A DNA stretch of 42,678 bases from Oscillospiraceae bacterium. GTDB lineage: Bacteria; Bacillota; Clostridia; Oscillospirales; Butyricicoccaceae. Positions 8,298-16,464 of the stretch are shown piece by piece. Below the pieces are notes generated by a model, which searched no databases, was not told the origin of the DNA, and saw only the letters and a program-made list of their open reading frames with translations. Every line of letters starts with the position of its first letter. Position 1 is the first letter of the stretch. The translations under genes and the position numbers were made by a program. The stretch covers positions 1 through 42,678 of the forward strand of contig CADBTM010000030.1 of NCBI GenBank assembly GCA_902797555.1. The letters are read 5' to 3'.

Positions 8298-9467
8298 ATG
8301 CAACAAAGTCCCAGCAAGGCATCTCCCGCAGGGAAAAAGCAAAGGATCCTTCGCCCTGTACTGTGCCTTGTCATTCTTGTATTGCTGTTCTCCCTGTTCG
8401 CCGTCCCCATGGGGCTGACCAATATGATCAACACCATGATGAACACCGCCTATCGGTTGCTCATCGACACCGCATTGTATATCATGGCGCTGGCGGTGAT
8501 GACCGGCGCGCTGGCCGGCATTTTTGCGGAATACGGCGTGATCGGTCTGCTCAACCGCCTGCTTTCCCCCGTTATGAAGCCGCTTTACGGCATGCCGGGG
8601 GCGGCCACGGTGGGCGTCCTCACCACCTACCTCAGCGACAATCCCGCCATCCTCACGCTGGCCCACGACAACCGCTTCCGCCGCTATTTCAAAAAATACC
8701 AGATCCCCGCCCTTACCAATCTGGGCACCTCCTTTGGCATGGGGCTGATGGTGACCGCCTTTATGCTGGGCATCCGCCCCTCCGCAGGCTCGCCCTTTCT
8801 GGCCGTGGTGTGCGGCAATCTGGGCGCCATCATCGGCAGCGTCGTCAGCACGAGGCTGATGCTCCGCTATACGGCCTCCGTCATGGGTAAGACCGAGGAC
8901 GCGCTGGAGGGCGGCGCGGAGACCGCGCTGGACGAGACCGAGGACAAACACCCCGGCGGCACCCGGTTCATCACCGTGCTGATGGAGGGCGGCAAGACCG
9001 GCGTGGAGCTGGGTCTGGGGATCATCCCCGGCGTGCTCATCATCTGCACCTTCATTATGATGCTGACCTGCGGCCCCGCCGACGGAGGCTATACCGGAGG
9101 CGCCTATGAGGGCATCGCCCTGCTGCCGTGGGTTGCCCAGAAGATCCAGTTTTTGCTCACCCCGCTGTTCGGCTTTTCCGATCCGGCCGCCATTGCCGTC
9201 CCCGTGACGGCACTGGGCTCGGCAGGCGCCGCCATGGGCGCCATCCCCGGTCTGGCCGCGCTGGGCAAGGTGTCCGCTAACGATCTGGCGGTGTTCACCG
9301 CCATGTGCATGTGCTGGAGCGGCTATCTCAGCACCCACGTCTCCATGATGGACGTGCTGGGCAGCCCGGAGCACACCGGCAAGGCCATCCTGTTCCACAC
9401 CGTGGGCGGCCTGTGCGCCGGCGTCGCCGCCCATTGGCTGTATATGCTTTTGCAGCTGATTTTCTGA
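8298..9467 (+). CDS. Polytopic membrane protein, nucleoside-recognition (Gate) domain-like (YjiH/YjiG-type)
   Basis: ATG after AAGGAG. Multiple TM segments. The motif region resembles Gate-domain proteins (GVLTTYLSDNPAILTLAHDNRFRRYFKKYQIPALTNLGTSFGMG). The functional assignment is tentative. Confidence 0.6.
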   Translation: MQQSPSKASPAGKKQRILRPVLCLVILVLLFSLFAVPMGLTNMINTMMNTAYRLLIDTALYIMALAVMTGALAGIFAEYGVIGLLNRLLSPVMKPLYGMPGAATVGVLTTYLSDNPAILTLAHDNRFRRYFKKYQIPALTNLGTSFGMGLMVTAFMLGIRPSAGSPFLAVVCGNLGAIIGSVVSTRLMLRYTASVMGKTEDALEGGAETALDETEDKHPGGTRFITVLMEGGKTGVELGLGIIPGVLIICTFIMMLTCGPADGGYTGGAYEGIALLPWVAQKIQFLLTPLFGFSDPAAIAVPVTALGSAGAAMGAIPGLAALGKVSANDLAVFTAMCMCWSGYLSTHVSMMDVLGSPEHTGKAILFHTVGGLCAGVAAHWLYMLLQLIF

Positions 9468-9475
9468 AGAGAAGA

Positions 9476-9511
9476 GAAAAAGACCGCACCCCGTTTGGGG
9501 TGCGGTTTTTG
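9476..9511. terminator. Bidirectional rho-independent terminator
   Basis: Stem ACCGCACCCC (9483-9492) / GGGGTGCGGT (9497-9506) with loop GTTT, flanked by an A-run and a T-run. It lies between convergent genes. Confidence 0.75.
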
Positions 9512-9529
9512 GTTGTTCCGAGATTCTGT

Positions 9530-11242
9530 TCACCCGTTGGATACGGTGTAGAGGGAATAGAACTGTCCCTTTTTCGCCATCAGCTGGTCAAAGGTGCCCT
9601 GCTCGCACACGACGCCGTTTTTCAGCATGAGGATGCCGTCATACCGGGAGAGCAGGCTCTCCTCCAGACGGTGGGTGACGATGATGCGGGTCAGGCCGTC
9701 CAGGTCGAGGATGGCGGAGGAGATCCGCTGGGCGGTTTCGTTGTCCAGTGCCGAGGTGGCCTCGTCCACCAGCAACACGTTGCTCCCCCGCAGCAGACTG
9801 CGGGCGATGGAGATCCGCTGACGCTCGCCGCCGGAGAGATGGACGCCGTTTTCTCCGCAGCGGTACTCCTCGCCCCGCTGGGCGATGACCGGCTCCAGAC
9901 CCGCCAGGCGGATCGCCCGGGCCACGTCCTCGTCGGGGAAGGAGGCGAACATGGTGATGTTGCTGCGGATGGTGGTGTCAAAGAGGAATACGTTTTGCCC
10001 GATCAGGCTCATCAGATCGAACAGGCTGTCTGCAGAGAGCTCCCGCACCTCCCGTTCGTCCAACGTCAGCGAGCCGGTATAGTCCCGCCTTGCGCCCATC
10101 AGCAGATGGAGCAGGGTGGATTTGCCCGAGCCGGAGGCGCCCACGACGGCATAGCTCTTTCCCGGGGCAAAGGTGCAGCACACATCCCGCAGGACCGGTT
10201 TGTCCGCCTCATAGCCAAAGGTCACGCCGTCCAGGACGATCCCCTGCTGCAGGGTCTTGGGCGCCGCCTCGCCGCCTTCCTGGGCGTTTTCGGTCAAGAG
10301 CGCCGCCAGCTTGTCGATGAGGGCAAGCGCGGCCTTGCGGTTCGCCCATTGCTCGGGGATGACCTGGAGGGGCTGGGTGATAAAATTGCACAGATTGACA
10401 AAGATCAGCACCGTGCCCACGGTGATGCTGCCCCGCATGGCCAGCACCGCACCGATGAGGAAAATGCCGAACTGCACCGCGGCGCCTGCGGCGCCCGAGG
10501 CAGCGTTGAGGATGCCGGCATACCTGCGGCGGCGCTCCTTTGTGTGCTCCAGACGGGTGTTTTCCTCACAGAAGATGGCCTCTGTGCGGGCTTCCGCCTG
10601 AAAGCTCTTGATGACGGCAAAGCCGCCCAGCAGATCCTTCAGCTGCGCCGTAAAGGCCTCGTTCCGGTCGGAGGTGGCCTTTTCCCGCTTTGCCAGCCCG
10701 TTGCCCATCAGCACGGTGACCGCGATGGGCAGGACGGTCAGGACGATAACGATCAGGGTCATCAGGGGACTGTACCACAGCATCATGCCCAGCGCCGCGA
10801 AAAACAGGATGCCGTAATAGACCAGCAGCACCGCGCTGTTCAGATAGTTGTTCTCCACCGAAAGGGCGTCGTTGGTGAGGGCGGAAAGATAGGTGCCGGT
10901 GTTTTCCGTGGTAAAGGCCGCCACCGATTTTTTGGACAGAAGGGAAAAAGCCTTTGCCTTGTATTGTCCCATTCCACGATGGACGAAGCGCGCCTTGACG
11001 TGGGCGAGCAGACCGTCGCTGAAAAAGATCAGCGGAATGCACACAAGGCACAGCACACTCGTCCGGGTGAGCGCCGCCCAGTTTGCCGTGCTCACCGCGT
11101 CCACCACCGCGCCCAGCAGCCACGAAACCATCAGATTCACCCCGGCGGAGACCACGCAGACGGTCAGCGTAAGGGCATAGTTGATCCGATTGTTTTCAAA
11201 GAGCGAAGCCAGCAGCGCTCGCTTAGATTCCGTTCCCTTCAT
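9530..11242 (-). CDS. ABC exporter, fused permease/ATPase (type I exporter half-transporter)
   Basis: Strong RBS GGGAGGAGG. N-terminal six-TM domain. Walker A GASGSGKST, signature LSGGERQR, Walker B LLVDEATSALD. Confidence 0.85.
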   Translation of the reverse strand: MKGTESKRALLASLFENNRINYALTLTVCVVSAGVNLMVSWLLGAVVDAVSTANWAALTRTSVLCLVCIPLIFFSDGLLAHVKARFVHRGMGQYKAKAFSLLSKKSVAAFTTENTGTYLSALTNDALSVENNYLNSAVLLVYYGILFFAALGMMLWYSPLMTLIVIVLTVLPIAVTVLMGNGLAKREKATSDRNEAFTAQLKDLLGGFAVIKSFQAEARTEAIFCEENTRLEHTKERRRRYAGILNAASGAAGAAVQFGIFLIGAVLAMRGSITVGTVLIFVNLCNFITQPLQVIPEQWANRKAALALIDKLAALLTENAQEGGEAAPKTLQQGIVLDGVTFGYEADKPVLRDVCCTFAPGKSYAVVGASGSGKSTLLHLLMGARRDYTGSLTLDEREVRELSADSLFDLMSLIGQNVFLFDTTIRSNITMFASFPDEDVARAIRLAGLEPVIAQRGEEYRCGENGVHLSGGERQRISIARSLLRGSNVLLVDEATSALDNETAQRISSAILDLDGLTRIIVTHRLEESLLSRYDGILMLKNGVVCEQGTFDQLMAKKGQFYSLYTVSNG

Positions 11243-12137
11243 GGTTTTCCTCCTCCCGTTTTTTCAAAAGCGGCCGTTTGCGGTCGTCCCAGCTGCAGAT
11301 ATAGGCCTTGCCCCGATCGCACATCCAGCGGGAAAACAGCAGGAAGGGCACGAAGGCCTCCAGATCCGACAGGGTGTACACCTCCACCGGAGAGGTCTCC
11401 AACTCGACCTGGGATTTTTTCAGGACGTTGCAATCACACAGGGCGGAAAGCGCCCGCTCTGCGTCCTCCGGGGAGATCCCGGCGGCCTTTGCAATTGCCT
11501 TTGCAGAGCAGTATCCGGTCTTTCGCCCGTAAAGCGTCCGCACCAGCTCCAGCGCCCCCGGCAGCGCCAGCGCGGAAAAGAGCTTCCGATACCGATCGTT
11601 GTCGATCAGGTTTGCCTCATAGCCGCCCTCCGGCTCGGGCATGAGCAAAAACATGGGGCAGTCCTCCGCAGGGACGCCCAGCTGGATGCCGTTGTCCAGC
11701 ACGGCGCTGGAGCGCATCCAAAGGGTTTCCTCCGTGTGGTTGATGATGTCGGTGGAATAGCAGGACTTGATGGGCAAATGGACAAAAACCGAATCCATCA
11801 GGTCGCCCAAAGTGCTTTCGTTCACATAGTAGGGGCGCTGAAAGGTGACGCACAGCAGGCGGAACAGCTCGATCATGCGCTTTTCCGCGGGAATGGCGCC
11901 CAGCCAGCGCATCAGGGTCTCGCTCATGTTCTCCGTGGGCTCGTCCGCACGGCCGAAGAGCGTGTCGATCGTCACGCCCAGACGGTCGGCGATGGAGGGC
12001 AGCAGCTCGGTGTCGGGCGCGCCGCCCTTCTCCCATTTGCTCACCGCCTGACCGGAAACGCCCAGCGCCTGGCCAAGCTGCTCCTGCGTCATGCCCTTCT
12101 GGCGCCGCAGCGCCGCGATGTTCTTTCCCAGCTCCAT
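11223..12137 (-). CDS. XRE-family HTH transcriptional regulator with a ~240-aa uncharacterised C-terminal domain
   Basis: MELGKNIAALRRQKGMTQEQLGQALGVSGQAVSKWEKG is a classic Cro/C1 HTH. The start at 12137 follows AGAGGTGG. The 3' end overlaps the ABC exporter start by 20 nt. Confidence 0.75.
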   Translation of the reverse strand: MELGKNIAALRRQKGMTQEQLGQALGVSGQAVSKWEKGGAPDTELLPSIADRLGVTIDTLFGRADEPTENMSETLMRWLGAIPAEKRMIELFRLLCVTFQRPYYVNESTLGDLMDSVFVHLPIKSCYSTDIINHTEETLWMRSSAVLDNGIQLGVPAEDCPMFLLMPEPEGGYEANLIDNDRYRKLFSALALPGALELVRTLYGRKTGYCSAKAIAKAAGISPEDAERALSALCDCNVLKKSQVELETSPVEVYTLSDLEAFVPFLLFSRWMCDRGKAYICSWDDRKRPLLKKREEENHEGNGI

Positions 12138-12218
12138 CTTCAAAACCACCTCTTGTTTCAATCGTTGTTTGTATTATATCAAAACGGTTGGTTGAAAACA
12201 ATAGAGGCATTTTTTCAC

Positions 12219-12241
12219 AAAACCAACTATAAGTTGATTTT
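12219..12241. promoter_or_regulatory. Inverted repeat upstream of the XRE gene (candidate operator)
   Basis: AAAACCAACT-ATA-AGTTGATTTT, with 9/10 arm complementarity. It lies about 80-100 nt upstream of the XRE start, beside a TTGTTT-17-TATAAT promoter on the minus strand. Confidence 0.3.
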
Positions 12242-12273
12242 TCCGGCGATCCGCCCCATAGGTTTTGGAGAAA

Positions 12274-12310
12274 AACAAAAAGAGCCGCTTTCGCGGCTCT
12301 TTTGCTTTGT
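12274..12310. terminator. Rho-independent terminator downstream of the C11 peptidase gene
   Basis: Stem AGAGCCGC / GCGGCTCT (12281-12300), loop TTTC, with A-run and T-run flanks. Confidence 0.7.
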
Positions 12311-12326
12311 GCAAAGAAATCGGGAC

Positions 12327-14798
12327 TCAGTCCATCACCGGCGTCCAGTAGGTCTGGCCGTAGATGTCGGTAAAGCGGTAGGTGGCGGAATAGGTGTCGG
12401 ACAGATAGACGTCGCTCACCGTCAGACCGCCCGCGGGGACGGTGAGGGGATCGCCCAGATAATAGCTGTCCTGATAGGATCCGTCATATCCGTAATAGTC
12501 GCACAGGAAGTCGATCCGGTCGCCGGGCTGGATCTCGTCGGCGGACATGGCCTTTGCGATGGTGTCGGTCTCGCCGTCCCGATAGTCAAAGCGGACGCCG
12601 GCCACATAGCCGCCGGGATTGCTGTTGTCAAAGACGATGATCAGGTCGGCGCGATCACCGTTGAACATCACGGGCACCCGGCCGGTGATGGCATAGTCGG
12701 TGCCGTCGTCCACCGTGCTCACATGGTAATAGGCCACGGGCTGCTGATTGATGGCCAGCCAAGCGCCGTCATATTCGCCCGACAGACCCCAATCGGAGGT
12801 GAAGGAATAGACATTGTCCAGACCCAGATCGATATAGCCCTCGCCGTCGTCCACAAAGACGTTGAGCTCCAGATCGGTGACCAGCTCCCACTGATCGGCG
12901 GGCAGGAGGATCTGGGGCGTGCCGTCGGAGGCATTCACCCACACCAGACGCCCGGCGTCAAACTGATTGTCCGTGATGAACTGGGTGGCGGAATCCACGT
13001 CGAGAGACCGTCCGAGGAAGCCGCTGTTGCCGCTCGTCAGACCGGACACGCCGCCCAGATTGCCCGAAAGCAGGCTGCCCAGCAGCTGGGAGATGGCCTC
13101 CTGACCCATGGTGGAGGAGGCGGAGGAGGACGAGCCGCCATAGCTGCCCAGCAGCGAGCCCAGCGGAGAAGACGCGCCGCCGGAGACCGCCTGACCGGAG
13201 ACCTCCATGCTGGCAAACTGCTGGATGCAGCGGAGATATTCCTCATCCATGCCGATGGCGGAGAAGGTGTTCACCGCGTTTTGCACGGAGGAGGTCTTTT
13301 TGTAGGGGAAGTAGATGGACAGACCGTAGGCGTTGGTCATATCCCGGGAGGTCTTGTTGTACTTGACGGCGCCCAGCAGGACGTCCGCCAGATCCTTGGC
13401 CTCCTGCGTGCCCATGTTGTTGGCCAGATCCACCAGATCCACCTGATCGATCCTGGAGGAAACGGCAAACTCACGGGCGTCCGAGCGGGCGTCGGAGACG
13501 GTCTTGAAGCCGTCGCTCTGGATCAGCTTGGAGGTGGCGGAGGAAAAGTCCTTCAGCTCCTGGGGCACGGTGACCTCCAGCTCGGCCAGATCGACCACCG
13601 AAAGGGTGGTGGACTGACCGGGGCACTTTTGCGTGCTGACCGAGACAAAGTCGTCCACGATGTTTTTGCCGATCTCCAGCGTGGAGAGGGAGGTGTTCTT
13701 GGAGAGGTTGGTCAGCCAGTTGGTATAATACCAGCCCATGCCCGGCTCGGTCTCCTCGGAGGCGATGAGATAATCGGCATAGGGGGTGAGGGTGAGGGCG
13801 GTTTCCACCGTGGCCATCAGGCAGGCGTCAAAGCCGATGAAATCAAAGGTGACGCCGCCCTTGCTGAGGGCGCTGTTCAGTCCGGCCAGATTCATCGAAC
13901 CGGAGGTGCGGTTCTTTTCGTCATAGCCATAGCCTGTGATCGAGCCGCCGCCGTGATCCCACAGGATGAGCCCGTTGCGGTTGGCGGGATAATTCCTGGC
14001 GCAGAACTGGATGAAGGAGGCCAGATTGTCGGGAGAGGTCATGGCCGCCGTGCCGGCGTTGTCCACCACGCAGGCCAGGCCGCCCTTTTTCACCTGATAG
14101 ATCTGGTTGACCTTCGAGCTGATCACGTTGTTTTTCCATGCGGAGCAGCCGCCGGTCATCACCAGCAGGTTGACGTTGTCCGAAATGTTGGCGGCATACA
14201 TCTCCTGAATGTCGGCGGTGCCCATGCCGTATTTGGACTCCAGATCGGTGCCGCACATATAGACCATGATGGTCACCACGTCCTTGCCGCTGCCCACGAT
14301 GTTGGTGCGCTTTGCCCGTGCGCCGGAGGCGACGGTGGTGTCCAGACTGCCGGTGTTGGTGGAGCTTGTCCAGCCGGTGGACACATTGGACGAGGTAAAG
14401 CCGCCCAGCAGGCTGGACAGATCGCCCAGATTGCCGGTGGAATAGCCGCTGGAGGTGCTTGTGCTGCCCTGCTGGGTATAGGAGGTGGAGGGGGAAAGGC
14501 TGCTGTAATCGGTGGTGGCAGAGCTGTCTCCGCCAAAAAGATTGCCCAGCAGCGCCGTGCCTCCTCCGCCGCCCAAAAGCAGCGCCAGAATGATGGCGAT
14601 CAGCGAGGTTTTGCCCCGGGAGGAGCTGCGCTGCCCGCCGGTTTGCTGCTGCTGACCGGTGGTGCCGGGACGGCCGCTGTAGCCGCTCTGATTGCCCACG
14701 GGGCCGGTGCCCAGACCTTCGCCGCGCTTATAAACGCTTTTGCCCTGTCCGGTCACGTTGCGCTGACGGCCGCGAGGGGTGTTTCCATTGTCACTCAT
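12327..14798 (-). CDS. Membrane-anchored clostripain-like cysteine peptidase (MEROPS family C11) with a C-terminal beta-rich domain
   Basis: Start MSDNGNT follows CAGGAGAC. The track ORF extends to 15941 only because the antisense of gpx/PNPOx happens to be open. Gly/Gln/Ser-rich N-terminus, one TM segment (LIAIILALLLGGGGG) and a Ser/Thr linker. C11 His and Cys motifs LILWDHGGG and IGFDACLMA. Confidence 0.8.
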   Translation of the reverse strand: MSDNGNTPRGRQRNVTGQGKSVYKRGEGLGTGPVGNQSGYSGRPGTTGQQQQTGGQRSSSRGKTSLIAIILALLLGGGGGTALLGNLFGGDSSATTDYSSLSPSTSYTQQGSTSTSSGYSTGNLGDLSSLLGGFTSSNVSTGWTSSTNTGSLDTTVASGARAKRTNIVGSGKDVVTIMVYMCGTDLESKYGMGTADIQEMYAANISDNVNLLVMTGGCSAWKNNVISSKVNQIYQVKKGGLACVVDNAGTAAMTSPDNLASFIQFCARNYPANRNGLILWDHGGGSITGYGYDEKNRTSGSMNLAGLNSALSKGGVTFDFIGFDACLMATVETALTLTPYADYLIASEETEPGMGWYYTNWLTNLSKNTSLSTLEIGKNIVDDFVSVSTQKCPGQSTTLSVVDLAELEVTVPQELKDFSSATSKLIQSDGFKTVSDARSDAREFAVSSRIDQVDLVDLANNMGTQEAKDLADVLLGAVKYNKTSRDMTNAYGLSIYFPYKKTSSVQNAVNTFSAIGMDEEYLRCIQQFASMEVSGQAVSGGASSPLGSLLGSYGGSSSSASSTMGQEAISQLLGSLLSGNLGGVSGLTSGNSGFLGRSLDVDSATQFITDNQFDAGRLVWVNASDGTPQILLPADQWELVTDLELNVFVDDGEGYIDLGLDNVYSFTSDWGLSGEYDGAWLAINQQPVAYYHVSTVDDGTDYAITGRVPVMFNGDRADLIIVFDNSNPGGYVAGVRFDYRDGETDTIAKAMSADEIQPGDRIDFLCDYYGYDGSYQDSYYLGDPLTVPAGGLTVSDVYLSDTYSATYRFTDIYGQTYWTPVMD

Positions 14799-14853
14799 AG
14801 TAGTCTCCTGTTCTGATATGGTGGGAATATTTCTTGTCGGGGATACAAAATCT

Positions 14854-14882
14854 ATTGTACGCCCATTTTTTTCATAATGCAA
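14854..14882 (-). promoter_or_regulatory. Candidate promoter of the C11 peptidase gene
   Basis: On the minus strand: TTGCAT (14882-14877), 17-nt spacer, TACAAT (14859-14854). Confidence 0.4.
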
Positions 14883-14901
14883 TCTTTTTTCCATTTTCCC
14901 C

Positions 14902-14930
14902 TTGACAAGACAAGATTGATTGTGTAAAAT
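14902..14930 (+). promoter_or_regulatory. Promoter of the gpx-PNPOx(-ohrR) unit
   Basis: TTGACA (14902-14907), 17-nt spacer, TAAAAT (14925-14930). An AAATTGTA half-site (14932-14939) follows directly. Confidence 0.5.
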
Positions 14931-14972
14931 CAAATTGTAAAAAATCAAACCGCCCGAGAAAGGAGCAACCCC

Positions 14973-15515
14973 ATGAGCATTTATGATTACAAGCTGACCG
15001 CCCCCGATGGGAGCGAGGTCTCTATGGAGCAATACCGCGGGAAGGTGATGCTTATCGTCAACACCGCCACCGGCTGCGGCTTCACCCCCCAGTACGAGCC
15101 TCTGGAAAAGATGTACGAGACCTATCACGACAAGGGCCTGGAGATCATCGACATCCCCTGCAACCAGTTTGCCGGTCAGACCCCCGGCACCGACGAGGAG
15201 ATCCACCAGTTCTGCACCCTCAAGTACAACACCCAGTTTCCCCAGATGAAAAAGTCGGACGTCAACGGCGAAAACGCGCTGCCGCTCTACGGCTACCTCA
15301 AGAGCCAGAAGGGCTTTGAGGGCTTTGGCAAGGGCGCCAAGGCGCTGGCCATGTCCGCCATGCTCAAGACCATCGACAAGAATTACAAGACCAATCCGGA
15401 TATCAAGTGGAACTTCACCAAGTTCGTCGCCGATCGGGAGGGCAACGTGGTCGCCCGCTTCGAGCCCACTGCCGATATGAAGGATGTGGAGGCCTGTGTG
15501 GCCGCCCTGCTGTAA
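14973..15515 (+). CDS. gpx: Glutathione peroxidase-family thiol peroxidase
   Basis: GKVMLIVNTATGCGFTPQY...IPCNQFAGQTPG...WNFTKF are the canonical Gpx signature blocks. RBS AAGGAG. Confidence 0.9.
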   Translation: MSIYDYKLTAPDGSEVSMEQYRGKVMLIVNTATGCGFTPQYEPLEKMYETYHDKGLEIIDIPCNQFAGQTPGTDEEIHQFCTLKYNTQFPQMKKSDVNGENALPLYGYLKSQKGFEGFGKGAKALAMSAMLKTIDKNYKTNPDIKWNFTKFVADREGNVVARFEPTADMKDVEACVAALL

Positions 15516-15527
15516 GGAGAGAGAAGC

Positions 15528-15920
15528 ATGCAGGAAGTATACGAGTTTCTGAAAAAGGTCGGCACCTATTATCTCGCCACCGTGGAAGAGGATCAGCCCC
15601 GTGTCCGCCCCTTCGGCACCATCGATCTGTTTGAGGATCATCTTTATATCCAGACCGGCCGCAGCAAAAAGGTGGCCGACCAGCTCAAGGACAATCCCCG
15701 CATCGAGATCTGCGCCTTTGACGGCGCCAAGTGGCTGCGCGTTTCCGCGCAGGCTGTTCTGGACAACCGTCTGGAGCCCCAGCAGCATATGCTGGAGGCC
15801 TATCCCGCCCTCAAGGCCATGTATACCCCCGGCGACGGAAACACCGAGGTCTATTATCTGAAAAACGCCGTGGCCACCTTCTCTTCCTTTACCGAGGCGC
15901 CCCGCACCGTCCGGTTCTGA
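15528..15920 (+). CDS. Pyridoxamine 5'-phosphate oxidase-family (FMN-binding split-barrel) protein
   Basis: 130 aa. YLATVEEDQPRVRPFGT...LYIQTGRSKKVADQLKDNPRIEICAF is typical of the small PNPOx-like family. RBS AAGGAGAG. 12 nt after gpx. Confidence 0.75.
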   Translation: MQEVYEFLKKVGTYYLATVEEDQPRVRPFGTIDLFEDHLYIQTGRSKKVADQLKDNPRIEICAFDGAKWLRVSAQAVLDNRLEPQQHMLEAYPALKAMYTPGDGNTEVYYLKNAVATFSSFTEAPRTVRF

Positions 15921-15955
15921 TTCGCAGTACCTTTTTTTCATCCCCCTTTTCCCCT

Positions 15956-15993
15956 CCCATTCCGCAGGATGCGTGATGCGCCTGCGGAATGGG
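15956..15993 (+). terminator. 13-bp hairpin between PNPOx and ohrR (partial terminator or attenuator)
   Basis: CCCATTCCGCAGG-atgcgtgatgcg-CCTGCGGAATGGG followed by aatcTTTT. Confidence 0.4.
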
Positions 15994-16012
15994 AATCTTT
16001 TCGGAGGTATGT

Positions 16013-16447
16013 ATGTCTGAAAACCATGATCTGCTCAAGCTGGAAAATCAGCTTTGCTTCCCCCTTTACGCCGGGGCAAAGGAGATCGTGCGGCTGTACA
16101 AGCCCTATCTCGATCCGCTGGAGCTGACGTATACCCAATATATCGTGCTGCTGCTTTTGTGGGAGCGCGGCTCGGCCACCGTCAAGGCGCTGGGAGAGGC
16201 GCTGTGGCTCGATTCCGGCACGCTGACCCCGGTTTTGAAAAAGCTGGAGGAGCGGGGTCTGGTCACCCGCGCCAGGGATCCCAGGGACGAGCGCAGCGTG
16301 GTCATCGCCCTCACCCCCCAGGGCGTTGCTCTGCGGGAGCAGGCTGCTCAGGTGCCCGCCCAGGTGGGCGCCTGCGTCCCCCTTTCCGCCGAGGAGGCGG
16401 GACAGCTCTATTCCCTGCTGCATAGAATGCTGGAAAGATTGCGCTGA
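16013..16447 (+). CDS. ohrR: MarR-family organic-hydroperoxide sensor/repressor OhrR
   Basis: LKLENQLCFPLYA...LTYTQYIVLLLLWE...LDSGTLTPVLKKLEERGLVTRARDPRDERSV aligns nearly block for block with B. subtilis OhrR as I remember it, including the sensing Cys in ENQLCF. Confidence 0.85.
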   Translation: MSENHDLLKLENQLCFPLYAGAKEIVRLYKPYLDPLELTYTQYIVLLLLWERGSATVKALGEALWLDSGTLTPVLKKLEERGLVTRARDPRDERSVVIALTPQGVALREQAAQVPAQVGACVPLSAEEAGQLYSLLHRMLERLR

Positions 16448-16464
16448 AAGGAGCGTTTGATATC

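Noticed and set aside
15513-15530. gpx and the PNPOx gene are in the same frame, separated only by TAA plus 4 codons, so a readthrough fusion is conceivable.
   Set aside because: The PNPOx gene has its own RBS (TAAGGAGAG) and ATG. Sharing a frame has a 1-in-3 chance, and nothing else supports recoding.
12327-15941. The track ORF of 1204 aa for the C11 peptidase, extending across the gpx/PNPOx region.
   Set aside because: The first 381 codons are antisense to gpx and PNPOx and also cross the AT-rich promoter region. The real start, with an RBS, is at 14798 (MSDNGNT...).
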